NCBI GenBank assembly: GCA_013239625.1
Contig: MU053652.1
Coordinates: 1,738,001-1,802,000 of the forward strand
Direction of reading: 5' to 3'
Origin: Lama guanicoe
Lineage: Eukaryota
Length of the DNA: 64,000 bases
Shown piece after piece: positions 1 through 11,204 of the stretch; the stretch's first letter is position 1; each line of letters starts with the position of its first letter. The translations under genes and the position numbers were made by a program. The notes under the pieces are model-generated. The model was not told where the DNA came from. It made no database searches and was given only the letters and a program-made list of their open reading frames with translations.

Positions 1-165
1 AGTTGTTGTTTGATGGGTCCAGAGTTTCAATTCTGCAGGAGCGAAAGAGTTCTAGAGATGGGTTGCCCAACAGTGTGAATGTGCTTAATGCTAGTGACCT
101 GTACACTTAAAAATGGTTAAGGTGGTAAGTATTACGTTATGTGCATTTTACCGCAATTAAAAACA
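1..165 (+). mobile_element. LINE-1 3' end (L1MB-like), truncated by window edge
   Basis: Typical L1M 3' UTR motifs: gagtttca...gttctagagatgg...gtgaatgtgcttaatgc...tgtacacttaaaaatggttaag...tgtgcattttaccgcaattaaaaa. Confidence 0.85.
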
Positions 166-675
166 AAGCAAATGTTTCCTATCCAGATACTTGGAAGTAA
201 AGAGCCTTTGGTTGTGCTGGAGCATCTGGGGGTCGCCTGGGGACCCTGTGGCTTTAGGCTAGCTGGTGGGGTGTGGTCAGCCGAAGCCCGAGAGAGGAGC
301 CTTGGGAGTGAGCCCCTGGGAGACTGCGTACACGAGCCAGGAAGAGGGTTGGAAACTGGACCAGCAGCTTCTGGGATCTGGTAGCTCACAGAGAAGGTGA
401 GCAAGCAAAGAGATACTTCAAGACAGTGTGAGAAACCCAACACAGAAAACACACTCTCTGAGGAAACTGTTCAGAGAAACAGGGGCTGTTAATTGAATAT
501 TTTCAAACGCAGGTTCTAACCTAGAGGCACAAGATCAACACAGGCGTGGCCCCAACTGAGGGCGGCTGTGGCAGGGTTGCTGGGGCTCCCCACACCCCAG
601 CCTGATCATGGATGCCGGACCCCTCGGAAGGAAGGGTTGGCAGCACGCCCCAAGCCCTGGTCCACGTCATGTGGG

Positions 676-1014
676 CTGGGGGCTGGCAAGCTTCAGCCCA
701 CAGGCCAAACCTGGACCACCCCCTGATTTTGTACAGCCCACGAGCGAAAGTGGTGTTTACGTTATTTAACGGTGTAAAAGAAAGTCAAAGGAAGAACAGT
801 ATTTCATGGCACGTGACAAGTATATGGAACCTGAACCGTGGTGTACACGAGGAAGTTGTGCTGGAGCATGGGCACACTTGTTCGTTTGTTTACCCATCCC
901 CTGTGGCTGCTTTCCCGCTGCAGCAGAAACCTGAGAGGCTGCGACAGATAATATGGCCTGCAAAGCTGAACATATTTTCTGCCTGGCTTTTACTGAAAAG
1001 TTTGCTGACCCCAC
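676..1014 (+). mobile_element. hAT-Charlie MITE, MER58B-like
   Basis: Ends ggggctggcaagct... and ...aaagtttgctgacccc form MER58-type TIRs; internal tttgtacagcccacgagc and tatggcctgcaaagctgaacatattt; ~340 bp. Confidence 0.8.
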
Positions 1015-1021
1015 CCTAGTC

Positions 1022-1287
1022 CAGGAGTTTTTCAAACTGTGGGTCACAACCCAAAAGTCAGTCGTGAATCAATTTAATAAAACATGATCAACATCAAAAA
1101 AAAAAAAAAAAGAATGGATGAAATGTGTCAGAGTGCATCATCTGTTGTAAGGGGATTTTTCTCTTTAAACATTTTTTTTCTGTCCTTAAGCTTTTTTTTC
1201 AGTTAAGTAGGCAGGATGCACATCAATTGTGATGCAAACTGTTTCTCTGATTTATGAATCTTTGTTCAAAATGTTAGAAAGCTACTG
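1022..1287 (+). mobile_element. hAT-Charlie non-autonomous element (subfamily not assigned)
   Basis: cag..ttttcaaactgtgggtcacaaccc...gtcgtgaatcaattta...cagagtgcatca...aaaatgttagaaagctactg; homologous to copy at 14.5 kb. Confidence 0.65.
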
Positions 1288-2982
1288 GTCCGGGTAGCTT
1301 TCTAGGAACCTAGGAAACTGACTGCTGTCTACCTGGGTATCGGGGAAAAAAATCTGGATGCATGTCTCTCAGCTGCCTCTGCTCGGGGTGCAGGCTCAAG
1401 CAATCCCAGGGCAGGATTCCCCGCCACATGCCCCTTCCCCAAAGCACGGTGGTCCACAGGGGCTGGGATGAGATGCCTGACCCAAGGTAGGGCTGCTTCC
1501 TTATTTCCGCCCAATTTTCTCCCACTTGTAGAGGCAGGTTTCCATTTTCCCAGAGACAAGGAATGAGGAATGTTCACTCTTGGGCAGAAAGTGAAAAACA
1601 AGCAAGGCCCAGGACCAAGGAAACGGAGCTCCCTTCCTGACCCCTTCGATTGACAGCTGATACGGAGTGACGAGCGACAGAGGACGGCTCTCGTGCAGGG
1701 GAACAGAGGCAAGATCCGAGAAGGCTTTGTGTTTACAGACATATTGCCAAAAGTGTCACGGATATAATTGAAAAACATCAATAGCGATCAATGGGAACAA
1801 ATCACTGGCCCTAGCCATTAGAAAAGAACAGAAATCAAGTGAGGAGGAAGTGAAGGGCAAGAATTACAAAGGATGGAAACATTGGTGCATTCTCCACTCC
1901 TGACCTTGCTCTTTCTCCTTTTTCCTTTCCCTCTGCTTCTCCACCTGCTCATCACTGCCAGTTTTTCCTTATGCAACGGAAGGAAAGCCGTCGATTTGTT
2001 CAAGAGCATCTGCCTTGGTCTTAGAGGCAGAATTAGTACGGGGCTTCCTGCTTTCCCTTTCTTTTCTCCCAACCGAGCCCAGTATGTCTGTTGACTTCCA
2101 AAGAGTGAGTCTGTGAACTAGTCCTGAAGCCAAGCTTCACTTTCTCAAAGCTGTTTATCATCAGCATCCAACTTAAAAACTTAAAAACCGGATGCTACAG
2201 TAGGCTTTGTTGGAAGCAGTCTATTCCAGGCCTTGAAAACTGAACTGGGTTTGGTCCATGATGGTTCTGAAACTTTGGGAAGGCCGGCGGGGCATGTTCA
2301 GCAGGAGGCTTTGACCCTCATATCATAGTAGGGAACAAACTGCACCATCCTATAAGGAAGAGCAATCAGGAGGTATGGATTCCGAGAATTTGAGGTGAAC
2401 ATGCCTTTGCAGTTTGAGGAACCAGAGCAGAAATCTAGGCTGGAGAACCTTAGGGCAGGATGAATGAACCTTGATGAGAAATGAGGAGAACTTTTCTTCG
2501 GTTCAGGTCGCTTTAGGACCTGAGAAAGGGTGTGACCTTTCTTTAACGGAATCGAATCAAGTAATGTAATAAAACAGAACCGACAGCAGCAGAAGGATGG
2601 CTCAGTGCGAGTTACGGGGCTGCAGAGGAGTCCAGGAGGACCCAGCTTGGCTATGGGTGATCACTAAGATTCTTTCAGGGCCCAGAATCTCTAATTCTCT
2701 ATCAGCTCAAAGGGTCTTAATAAACAAGGGACACTGGGTTCGGGGAATTTGATCCAAGTAAACCAAAATGACCTAAGAAGAGAAACTCTAGAGGATGACC
2801 AACAGGCAGTTACAGAGAAAGCAGTGTCACCTAGATTGGGGACCCAGCAAGAAAGAAAAGGGACTGAAGGGCCAAGAAGCAGGCCAGCCTTCCTGAGAGG
2901 AAACAGTGGCTGACTGGGTACGAGCCAGAGTCCCAGGCCAGTGCTGATGGAGTCTGTGTCTCTCAGTCTCTCTCCCTCTCTC

Positions 2983-3110
2983 TCATTTATTCATTCATCC
3001 AGTCTGCTGATGGTTTATCATAGGCCAAGCATTTTTCTGCACATTGGAATTTCAGATGTTAAAGATTCAGAAATAAAATCTCTGCCCTCCAGGAATTTGT
3101 GAGCTAAAGC
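2983..3110 (-). mobile_element. L2 3' end fragment
   Basis: ttcattcatcc tail followed by degraded ...aggccaagcatt...ctctgccctccaggaatt. Confidence 0.55.
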
Positions 3111-3785
3111 ATTACCTCATTCCTTCTCTACCCGACAAAGTCTATATCCTGAGATTTCTCATTTTGTCTCAAAACAGTTTAATCTTTCAAATGGCTGAAT
3201 ATGTCATTTGAGGGAACATCATGGAGCAAGGGTCTAGAGAGAGGCGAGGAGGGCAGCCTAGATCCCAGGCACAGTCCCTGTGAGGCAGGGAGCAAATCTG
3301 GTCCTCTAAGGATGGAGAAAATAATGCCCAGGAGCCTTCAAACAAGGGGTGCCTTTTGCCATTTCATATCCGGCTGTCAGAGGCTCCCCCACAGTCCCGG
3401 TCACTAAGTGAGATGTCAGGAGGATGGATTGGCCTCACACAATGAGATAGGTAATGATCTTTGAGGCCAGAAGGGAAGCGGGGGTCCCCGTAGAGTGGTC
3501 ACGCACTTAGCCTAAGGGACAGTCTATGGATTTCTAGTGCAGGGAAAACAGCATCCCACAGCATCGCTTTGCAGAGACATAAGCCCCTTCTGTGTCCTAA
3601 TATCATCAGTAAGATTATACCCACTCTTTAGTATTGGGCTCTGAATTGCAGTTGGATTTGTTCTTCATTCTAAGACACTTTCCCTTTTCTGTGGCTTGTG
3701 GAGAAGCACCCGTGCTTGTGTGAATAGCAGTGGGGACGGGGAGGTTGTGGCACCAGTCTATAAAAAAGGACTTTTAGACAGATGT

Positions 3786-3837
3786 CATCCATCCATCCAT
3801 TCATCCACCCAACCAACCACCCAACCAGCCATCCATT
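3786..3837. repeat. (CATC/CAAC)n degenerate microsatellite, probably an L2 tail
   Basis: catccatccatccattcatccacccaaccaaccacccaaccagccatcc. Confidence 0.8.
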
Positions 3838-4159
3838 GGTCTACCTGAGAAGTGTTTACTGACTTCCCACAACGTGCCTTAATCCACAGCCTAGGGGCAG
3901 AGCAGAGAACACGTCCTACTTGGTGGCTTCCCAAGCTCCAGATTTGCCATCTGTCTTTCCAATGGCTTTTCTTTCACAACTTTTCATTCTTGGACAGCCT
4001 CGTGCCATCATAAGAAGGGAAGATGCAGCAATAGGGGCAGTGTTTGCAGTCAGAATAGTATGAGATCATGATGAAAATCGCCTCTTGAATATACATCTCG
4101 AGAGGGATCAAGAATGAGGACACTGGGTGGACCCAGGGTGAGAGGCTGGGTGGGATGGG

Positions 4160-4300
4160 AAGAGCCCTGGACTTAACTGACTTAACTGACCGTGTGACCC
4201 AGGGCAAGTGGCTTCCCTAGCGGTCACTGGGCTCATTTGTGATGGGAAGGAGTTGGATGTGTGAATCCTCAAAGGTCCCTTCCTTCTATGACACTGAATG
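4160..4300 (+). mobile_element. MIR SINE fragment (MIR3/MIRc-like)
   Basis: taactgaccgtgtgacccagggcaagtggctt core and aaggtcccttcc 3' motif. Confidence 0.55.
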
Positions 4301-4465
4301 AAGTCTGTTGATCTGTGCCTTGCTCCCTCCGCTCTCTTCTTTCCTGTCTCCCCATTTCTTGTCCTTTCTAGATCTGACCAGCTCACAGGTTGATGCAATC
4401 TTTCCTCCAGGTGTTTTTCCTGAAGGGCATTCCATTTTGCCAACATCTTGCATTATCTTCTAACC

Positions 4466-4657
4466 CACCATGGTCCGATAGATCTTTCAGTGATGATGAT
4501 GGGAGTCGTGGCTGCACTGGTCATCACGGCAGGCACGAGCCACACTGACTACTGAGCACTTGAAAGGTGGCTAGTGTGACTGAGGAACCTGACCTTAAAT
4601 TTTATTTAATTTTAACTTGATACACATATCTAGTAGCTACTTTATTGGACAGCACAG
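4466..4657 (+). mobile_element. hAT-Charlie MITE MER3
   Basis: tactgagcacttgaaaggtggctagtgtgactgaggaac...ttttatttaatttta...tattggacagcacag resembles MER3 consensus. Confidence 0.85.
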
Positions 4658-4769
4658 CTCTAAAGTCTTTCCCATTGCTGTCTGGTCATTATTGTGTATA
4701 TCTGTTTATTTCTTCTTAAATCATTGGTGGAGAACTCAGTATCTGTTGTCGAACTTCCTTCACTCAACT

Positions 4770-4950
4770 CCTGCATGACCACTCACTAGACACGGGACTT
4801 CGGGCAACTTATTTAGCCTTTCCAAGCTTCAGTGTCCTCACTGGTAAAATGTGGGTACTAGCAATCCTACCTGCTAGGGCTGTTGAGGGTATTAACCGAG
4901 GTAGTGAACATACAGCACTTGGCACAGTGCCTGGCACTTCGTAACTATTA
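4770..4950 (+). mobile_element. MIR SINE
   Basis: gggcaacttatttagcct...cttcagtgtcctcactggtaaaatg...gcacttggcacagtgcctggcac. Confidence 0.85.
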
Positions 4951-6881
4951 GCTGAGAAATGAGCAGCAAGAGGAGGAGTGGGGGTGGGGGGAGGAGCGAG
5001 GATGTGTTTCATCTTTTCTCTTCTATCAGAGTGAAGTCTTAGGGCCGAAGACTGGGTAACCTTTAGTTATTACTAATTAGCATATGGAGACAATACTGTC
5101 TCCTGGGCTCACATAGGTGTTCTTTTTATTTGATTACCAGTCTCTTTGTCCAGCTACCAGCTCTCCTGCGTAGATCCCCAGATACTCCTGTGCTCTGCCC
5201 CCAGCAAATACAAGCCTCCTACGGTGCCTACACTGATGTGGGCTGAGTGACTGTCACCCCGCCCTCACACACGCACACTTCTCATAAGGTAGACGGACCT
5301 GGGATTTCATTCCTTCAGACACATCTGTGTCTCCTGTCCCTCACTCCTCCTCCTCTGGATGATGGGGAAGAGGGCAGTGACCCCATTAATTCCAGGCAGA
5401 CCCTTGCTTCTCTGCAGGGCTCCGACTCCCTTCAGACCTCCCCTCTGGCCAACTTGATCTCCCAAGTGACATGTCTCAGTCCTGCCCCAGGAATCAGATG
5501 TCTAAATAGCAAATGAAAGATTAATGCCAGTGGCCAAGATTGGAGTGTGAATAATTTAAAGGGCAGAATAAGAGCCAGCTCCACTTACCAACAGGGCTGC
5601 CTGGGCAGAGGTCAGGGGGAGGGTAAGGGCCAACCCCGGCCAAGGATGGGAGGTTGTGGATGCTAATGAATTGATCCAGGAGAGGATTTGTTGTCACTGG
5701 TGTTGGGAAGAATTTGTCGTGACAACCAGAAAATGGGTCCTTTGGCATTCTTATCAATCCAGGGACTGTGGGTGTCGTGAGGAGTGTGGGCAGTTTCTCA
5801 AGTGGGTGCCATGTTTCCATGGATACTGTAAGGCCAGCGACTGCCCGTGGGGTGATGACCCCTCTCACCAGTGTCTCTGTCCTTGGTGCCACCAGGAGTC
5901 TACATGACTGGGATATTTGGTGGGCTGCTTCCTGGGGGGTATGGGATTTGAGGTGAGGAAGGAAAAGCAGCCTGGTGTTTGTGAATTGAACAGATATTTT
6001 GCAGACAGTGTGGCTCATGTCCAGGCAGGAAACCTCTATGTGGGTATTTTCTCCTCTCCCTACCACTGTGGTCACCTCTGCTACCCCAGCTTCCTGTTAG
6101 GTCTACCACTGTCTCTTCTCTGATGGTTTGGGGTTTGGTAAATATTTTCCCCTCTGGAAGTCTTTAGCAGTGCAGCAAGAAGGTTACATGATGGATTCTC
6201 CTCATCCCTTAATTGAAGCCATAAAAAATGAAAAGAGAGTTTCCAATAAACCAAACCATCACTCACTGGTGGGTAGAGAGTGGATCCCAGAACCGGGCCC
6301 TGGGAGGCGCAGCTGGGAAGCCCTCCAGCTGCCTGTCTATTATGATTATTAATCACAGCGGCAACGGGGTTCATCTGCACGGAGCTTCTTAATGAACTTG
6401 GACTCATGTCCTTACAAGGTTGTAGTCATTAGAGCAACTAGGGCCTGTTGGTTTTGAATCCCTGAAGGCTTGGTTGACTGGGATGGATGTCCAAGTGGGC
6501 GTATTTGTCCTGGTGGGTGCATTTGTCCTGGTGCTCCCTCAGATTATGAGATATGTGTGGCTGTGTCTAGGTCTGAACAGCGGAAAGGAGAAAGCTGCGT
6601 CTGCTGAGATTAGGATCCTCAGGTGGCGATTAGGAACATGAGTATAGCTGGTGGCTGTGTGCCTACTATTATGTGTACATAGTATTTATGTGTATGTATA
6701 ATGCAACCATTATAGGTTAAGGGTTGCATGCTGTGTTTGGGGTAGTGAGGGTTTCGTTTGGTGGGTGGTCCATTTGGGGGTGGGAATGAGGCGTGTTAAT
6801 GGTAGTGGGCATATATACTGTAAAGTTGCATCGTCTCTATGGAGATTCCGTAACATTTGGGTTTCCAGGTACATTACAAGT

Positions 6882-7010
6882 AGGAAGACCTTAGAATTTA
6901 TTGTCCAAACTAAAGAGTTTTAAAGTAAAAGGGGGCATTAAAAATATTTCTCCCAGACCACTCACATAATCCAGTACTGTTCCAGGCAACCAGAGACGTG
7001 TGTTAAGTCC
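6882..7010 (+). mobile_element. hAT-Blackjack MITE, MER94-like
   Basis: aatttattgtccaaact...aagtaaaagggggcatta...actgttccaggcaacc...gacgt; ~130 bp. Confidence 0.7.
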
Positions 7011-7419
7011 ACTTATGAGCCACCATTGACTTGCTTTAATATGTTTTCCATTGCATTTGAGTTTATGTTGAGGGTGAGTCTTTCCCAGTTAGAACTTAGA
7101 GGCATGGGCAGAGGGTTGCCGCTTGGTGGCATAATAATCACTGGGGTCTGCCCTGACTGCTGCGCAGGGTGGGAAAAGTAGCCCCCTTGGGCCCTTCCCT
7201 GTCTCACTGGTCCTGTTTCAGAGATGTCCTGGCGGTGTGCCCAGGTCTCCGTACCTGGGGGACTTTGGCCCCCACTGTAGAGACCTGATTCACTCAAGAG
7301 AGAAAGCGTGGCCAGTGAGCCTGTGGGCTGCAGCCTCACTGCTCTGCGGGGGAAGTGAACCAGCCCCCGTGCAGGGACTCTTCAAAGTCACCATCTGAAG
7401 GTTTGCTGTGTGTGCCTGG

Positions 7420-7567
7420 GTCATGGTGTGGTGAGTCTGGAGCCAGACTTCACTCAAGACTCAAGTCCTTGAGTCTTCCTGGGCCTCAGTTTACCTCTGT
7501 GTGAAACTCAGGGAAGAACAGGAACTGCTCACACAGGTATTGTTTAAGTGTTTAAGATGAGTTGTGT
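7420..7567 (+). mobile_element. MIR SINE (interrupted by younger SINE)
   Basis: tctggagccagac...ctgggcctcagtttacctctgtgtgaaac...ttaagatgag. Confidence 0.6.
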
Positions 7568-7568
7568 T

Positions 7569-7692
7569 GGGGGCGGGGGCTGTGGCTCAGCCTGGCGAGC
7601 GCAAGGTTCTAGGTTCAACCCCCAGTACCTCCATTAAAAATAACTGAATAAATGAAGCCTAATTGCCTACCCCCTAAAAAATAAATAAATGA
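7569..7692 (+). mobile_element. tRNA-Ala-derived SINE (camelid Vic-1 type), internally deleted
   Basis: A-box-like tggctcag, B-box-like ggttcaaccc, cagtacctccattaaa...cctaatt...ccccc plus A-rich tail; 14-bp TSD aagatgag(t/c)tgtgt at 7554-7567 and 7693-7706. Confidence 0.85.
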
Positions 7693-8403
7693 AAGATGAG
7701 CTGTGTGAAAGGAAAGCCCTTTTCTGTTTCCCTCCCTCCTTTGCCTGCCCCTCAGCCCCGCAGTTCTTTCGTGTGGCAGGTGACTTTGCCTGTAAAAGCC
7801 CAGACTTCTGTGCCCTGGCAGCCCTGAGGTTTGGGAGGGAAGAAAAGGGCCGCCCCACTCCAATCTTGGCCAGTGTTTCCCGAGCGGAGGCCCCTCCCCA
7901 GGGCCCCTGGTTTTCAAGCAGTGGACACGCTGGAGTAACACCCGAAAGAACCATGTCTGGGCTGCTCTCTTCAAAGGCCTTCTCTCCCACCTTCTCCCTG
8001 AAAACCAAGAACTCCCCATGCCACCGACAACGAGATGTAAACAGAAATTAATCCATCTGCAAAACCTCAACATGTCACCTGATCCTTATCAGGGCCTCAT
8101 CATTGCCTCCAAGGAAGATCTTATTATATTAAAAAGCAATTGCCCGCCAAGCTGGTAACGCTAATAGATTTTCTGTGATATTTATACCGGATTTAGCTTT
8201 CAGCTTATGAGATACCGTTCCCTTCCTTCTGCCTCTGTCTAAGCCCTTCGTTTTGGCAGAAGCCTCCCACAATTTCAGTTTGCTCTAGGGCCTCTGTCGG
8301 CAAGACGCTAAGCTCCACGAGGGCATCTGCCCCTTGAATGTTGCATCACCGGCACCGGAAGGGTGCCTGGCATGCAGCAGGCATGCAGTTTCACCCACCC
8401 AGT

Positions 8404-8680
8404 TTATTCGTTCATTCATTCATTCACTCAACAAATGGAGCCAAGGTCCAGAGGGGGAGACAAGACAAAAAGCAAATAATACATAAAATAATAGCAAGTA
8501 GTTATAAAGGCTTTGGGAGAAACAAATAGGGCATTGAAATAGAGGAGAATCAGGTGTGAGGGGGTGTCTGCTTTGAATGGAAGGCGGAAGCATCTGCCCT
8601 GAGATCTGCAGGACGATGAGGAGCCATGAGCAAAGCAGAGGGAAGAGCTTTCTAAGCAGAGGGAGCAGCTCTGTTGGGGT
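8404..8680 (-). mobile_element. L2 3' region
   Basis: (ttca)n tail with caacaaat, then purine-rich ctgagatctgcaggacga...gagccatg...gggaagagctttctaagcagagggagcag. Confidence 0.7.
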
Positions 8681-11053
8681 GATGAAATGGGGAAGAAGCT
8701 GAGCACCTTTGAGGGCCCAGGAAAGGCTCCCTATAGATAGAATTTTGTAAAAGGGGGTGTTTATTGGGTTTGGAGAGGTGGGAAGGGGCTGGGCCATTTC
8801 AGAAATACCTGGGGTGGTCAAGACACACAGGGATGTCATTGGTGGATAGAATTTGGGGATTCCTCCTACTCCAGGCATAAAGATCTACGTGATCCAGAGA
8901 ATAAGGCCCTGGAAAGTCTGGGGTATGGAAATGGAAGTGAAGGCGCTTAGGGGTGTTCTCTGAGCAAGCGGTGCTGGACAGTGGGCTGGATGCCAGAACT
9001 TCCAGGTTCCCTTTTCTGCTCACACTCTGATGGACACATTTTTTTCCTTGTGTCTTCTGTTCCTTTCTGTTTATAAAGATGATGTAACTATAAGCAGGGG
9101 ATCTGCACTCGTGTGGCACAGAACTTGAAAGCAGGGCCTAGCTAAAGCCTTGGGATGAGTTGACAAGGCCCAGATTTCAAAAACTACCATGTGTGTAACC
9201 ATGGCAATAACAGCCCATGCTTACCTTCTGGGCCCTTTGGTGTTGGCAAATTGAGAGCAGTTTCAATCTGAGATAGATTTGGTGGCAAGAGCCAAGCCCA
9301 TGAAATGTCCTTCACAGGTTACGGGCTTGTCGTTTAAGCATCAGAGCCAGTTGTTGGTGAGGGATTTCAGGGCTGAGGCCCAGGAGGGTGGAGAGGCACC
9401 AGCACGCCATCCAGTTGGTGACAGTTGCCTGACAGAGCCCAGGGACACATAACCCGTGCAGAGCATCACCGCCTCCCGGAGCACATGGGCCTTCGTCTGC
9501 AGTGAGGGGAGAGATGGGAGAGTTGTTTGGACAAACGGAGCAACTCATTAATTAGAAGTTAGACGTCCTCCTTTCTCTGCCAGACCCGAACACATTCAAG
9601 TGAAAACACATGAGCACAAGCTCATTTCTTTCATTCTGTTTCTAAACATTTCCTTGCGTTAAAACCCCCTGAGTTCCTTTAATCCGTGACAGCCAGATCA
9701 TATCATGGGCAAACATAATTGGGATGACGGCCAAGGCACCAGAACTTTTGCTACAAGTCGCTGCGGAGGACAGGGGTTTGCCTCCTGGGCTGTTATTTCC
9801 TGCAGCTCACATCTGAGGGCTTGGCTCTCAGTGGAGTCCCTGCCCAGGAGGGATGCTAGCATGCCATGAAGGGATGGACAGATGGACGGATGGACAATCA
9901 GCAAGGGCAAGACCTGGTGCCCAGAATCCCTGGCCTCTTCTACACCTCCTGATGGAGATTAATGAGAAATACAACATGGTGGTGGCCCTTCAAACCAGGA
10001 CCTGGGGGCGGGGAAGGCAGCCCAGAAAGACAAAGGCTTTATTATTAAGAAGCAACACTTTGACCCCTCCTCCCTCCATGAAACCAGTCCCTCTGGCCTC
10101 TATCTCATCAACGTGGCTCCCACTTACAGAGAACAAATGCAATCCTGCCAGAGGTCTTCTCTGCTGACCGGAATGGAGATGATCATCCTACGATTCTCCT
10201 ATGAAGGGGAAAAGGCTAAGCAGGGGTCTATTCACAACTGTACATGTGACAGACGAGGTGACCTGAGGCCACCTGCTCAGCATCTCTATGCCTCCACTCC
10301 CCTTAGAGCCAGGAAAAGCATCTCTGTCTCCCTCTGCCTTCTGAGGTTGCCAGGTGGGAAACGCAGTGACTGTTCAGTAGCTACGTGAAGAGCTTGAAAG
10401 TAAGAGCTGTGATGCCCTTATGACCCTGCAGGGTTGGCTTCCTCAGAACGACTTTCATCGCAGTCTGTAAGAAGGAAACATGAGCCCTACAAAGAAAGCA
10501 GGGGGCGTGGGGCAGATGGACGCAGCCCACCTTTCCCTGCCTGTTTGCCCATCATGGTGCTCTCTTCCCCACCTCCCCCAGGCCATAGGGACAGCTGGGT
10601 GATCCAAACCAAAACTTGTCCTTATTACTTTTAAATTCTCCCAGTTATCTCATACAACTCTCCCCTCAAAGATTCACAGCCTTGGCTTCTCTCAATCCAA
10701 TAGGCTCAATTCAGGAAGAGGAAACAAGAGGAGAAGTGAGACTCGAAACATTTCACCACCAAAAGCATAAAGCCTAATGCTGGGTTGAGATCCTGGAGGT
10801 CCCCTGCAAGGCCAGGCATTAATCTTTAAGGTGACATATCTCAGAGAGGTCCTTAGGCAGCATCCTAGGGGAAGAGCCTGGGCTGCTGGGGCAACGGGGA
10901 AGTGTTGGAAGGCACTGGCTACTTACCAACCAGTGTGGAAGTATTTCGCTGTTTTAACTTCTATGCTTCGTGGTGCATACTGGCCAAATATCAGGTCCAG
11001 AAGCAAGTCATATTTTCTCTGAGTTGTGGGAGAGATGGCCAAGAGGAGAGATG

Positions 11054-11204
11054 CAGTCGGTCCTCCATCTGCAGCTGTGGAACCTATGGATACAGGAGGC
11101 CGACTGTGCTACATCATTACGTATAAGGGATTTGAGCATCTGTGGATTTTGGTACCCATGGGGGGTCCTGGAACCAACCCCTTGTGGATCCCGAGGGATG
11201 ACTA
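11054..11204. mobile_element. TcMar-Tigger MITE (MER2/MER8/Tigger2-related)
   Basis: tataagggatttgagcatctgtggattttggtacc...ggtcctggaaccaa...gagggatgact resembles the MER2-type end; cagtcgg..ctcc and ggaggccgactg are terminal-repeat motifs. Confidence 0.8.

Noticed and set aside
6660..6830. Possible mitochondrial D-loop NUMT
   Set aside because: Only generic TATGTA/TACAT low-complexity similarity; no recognisable mitochondrial gene or conserved block.
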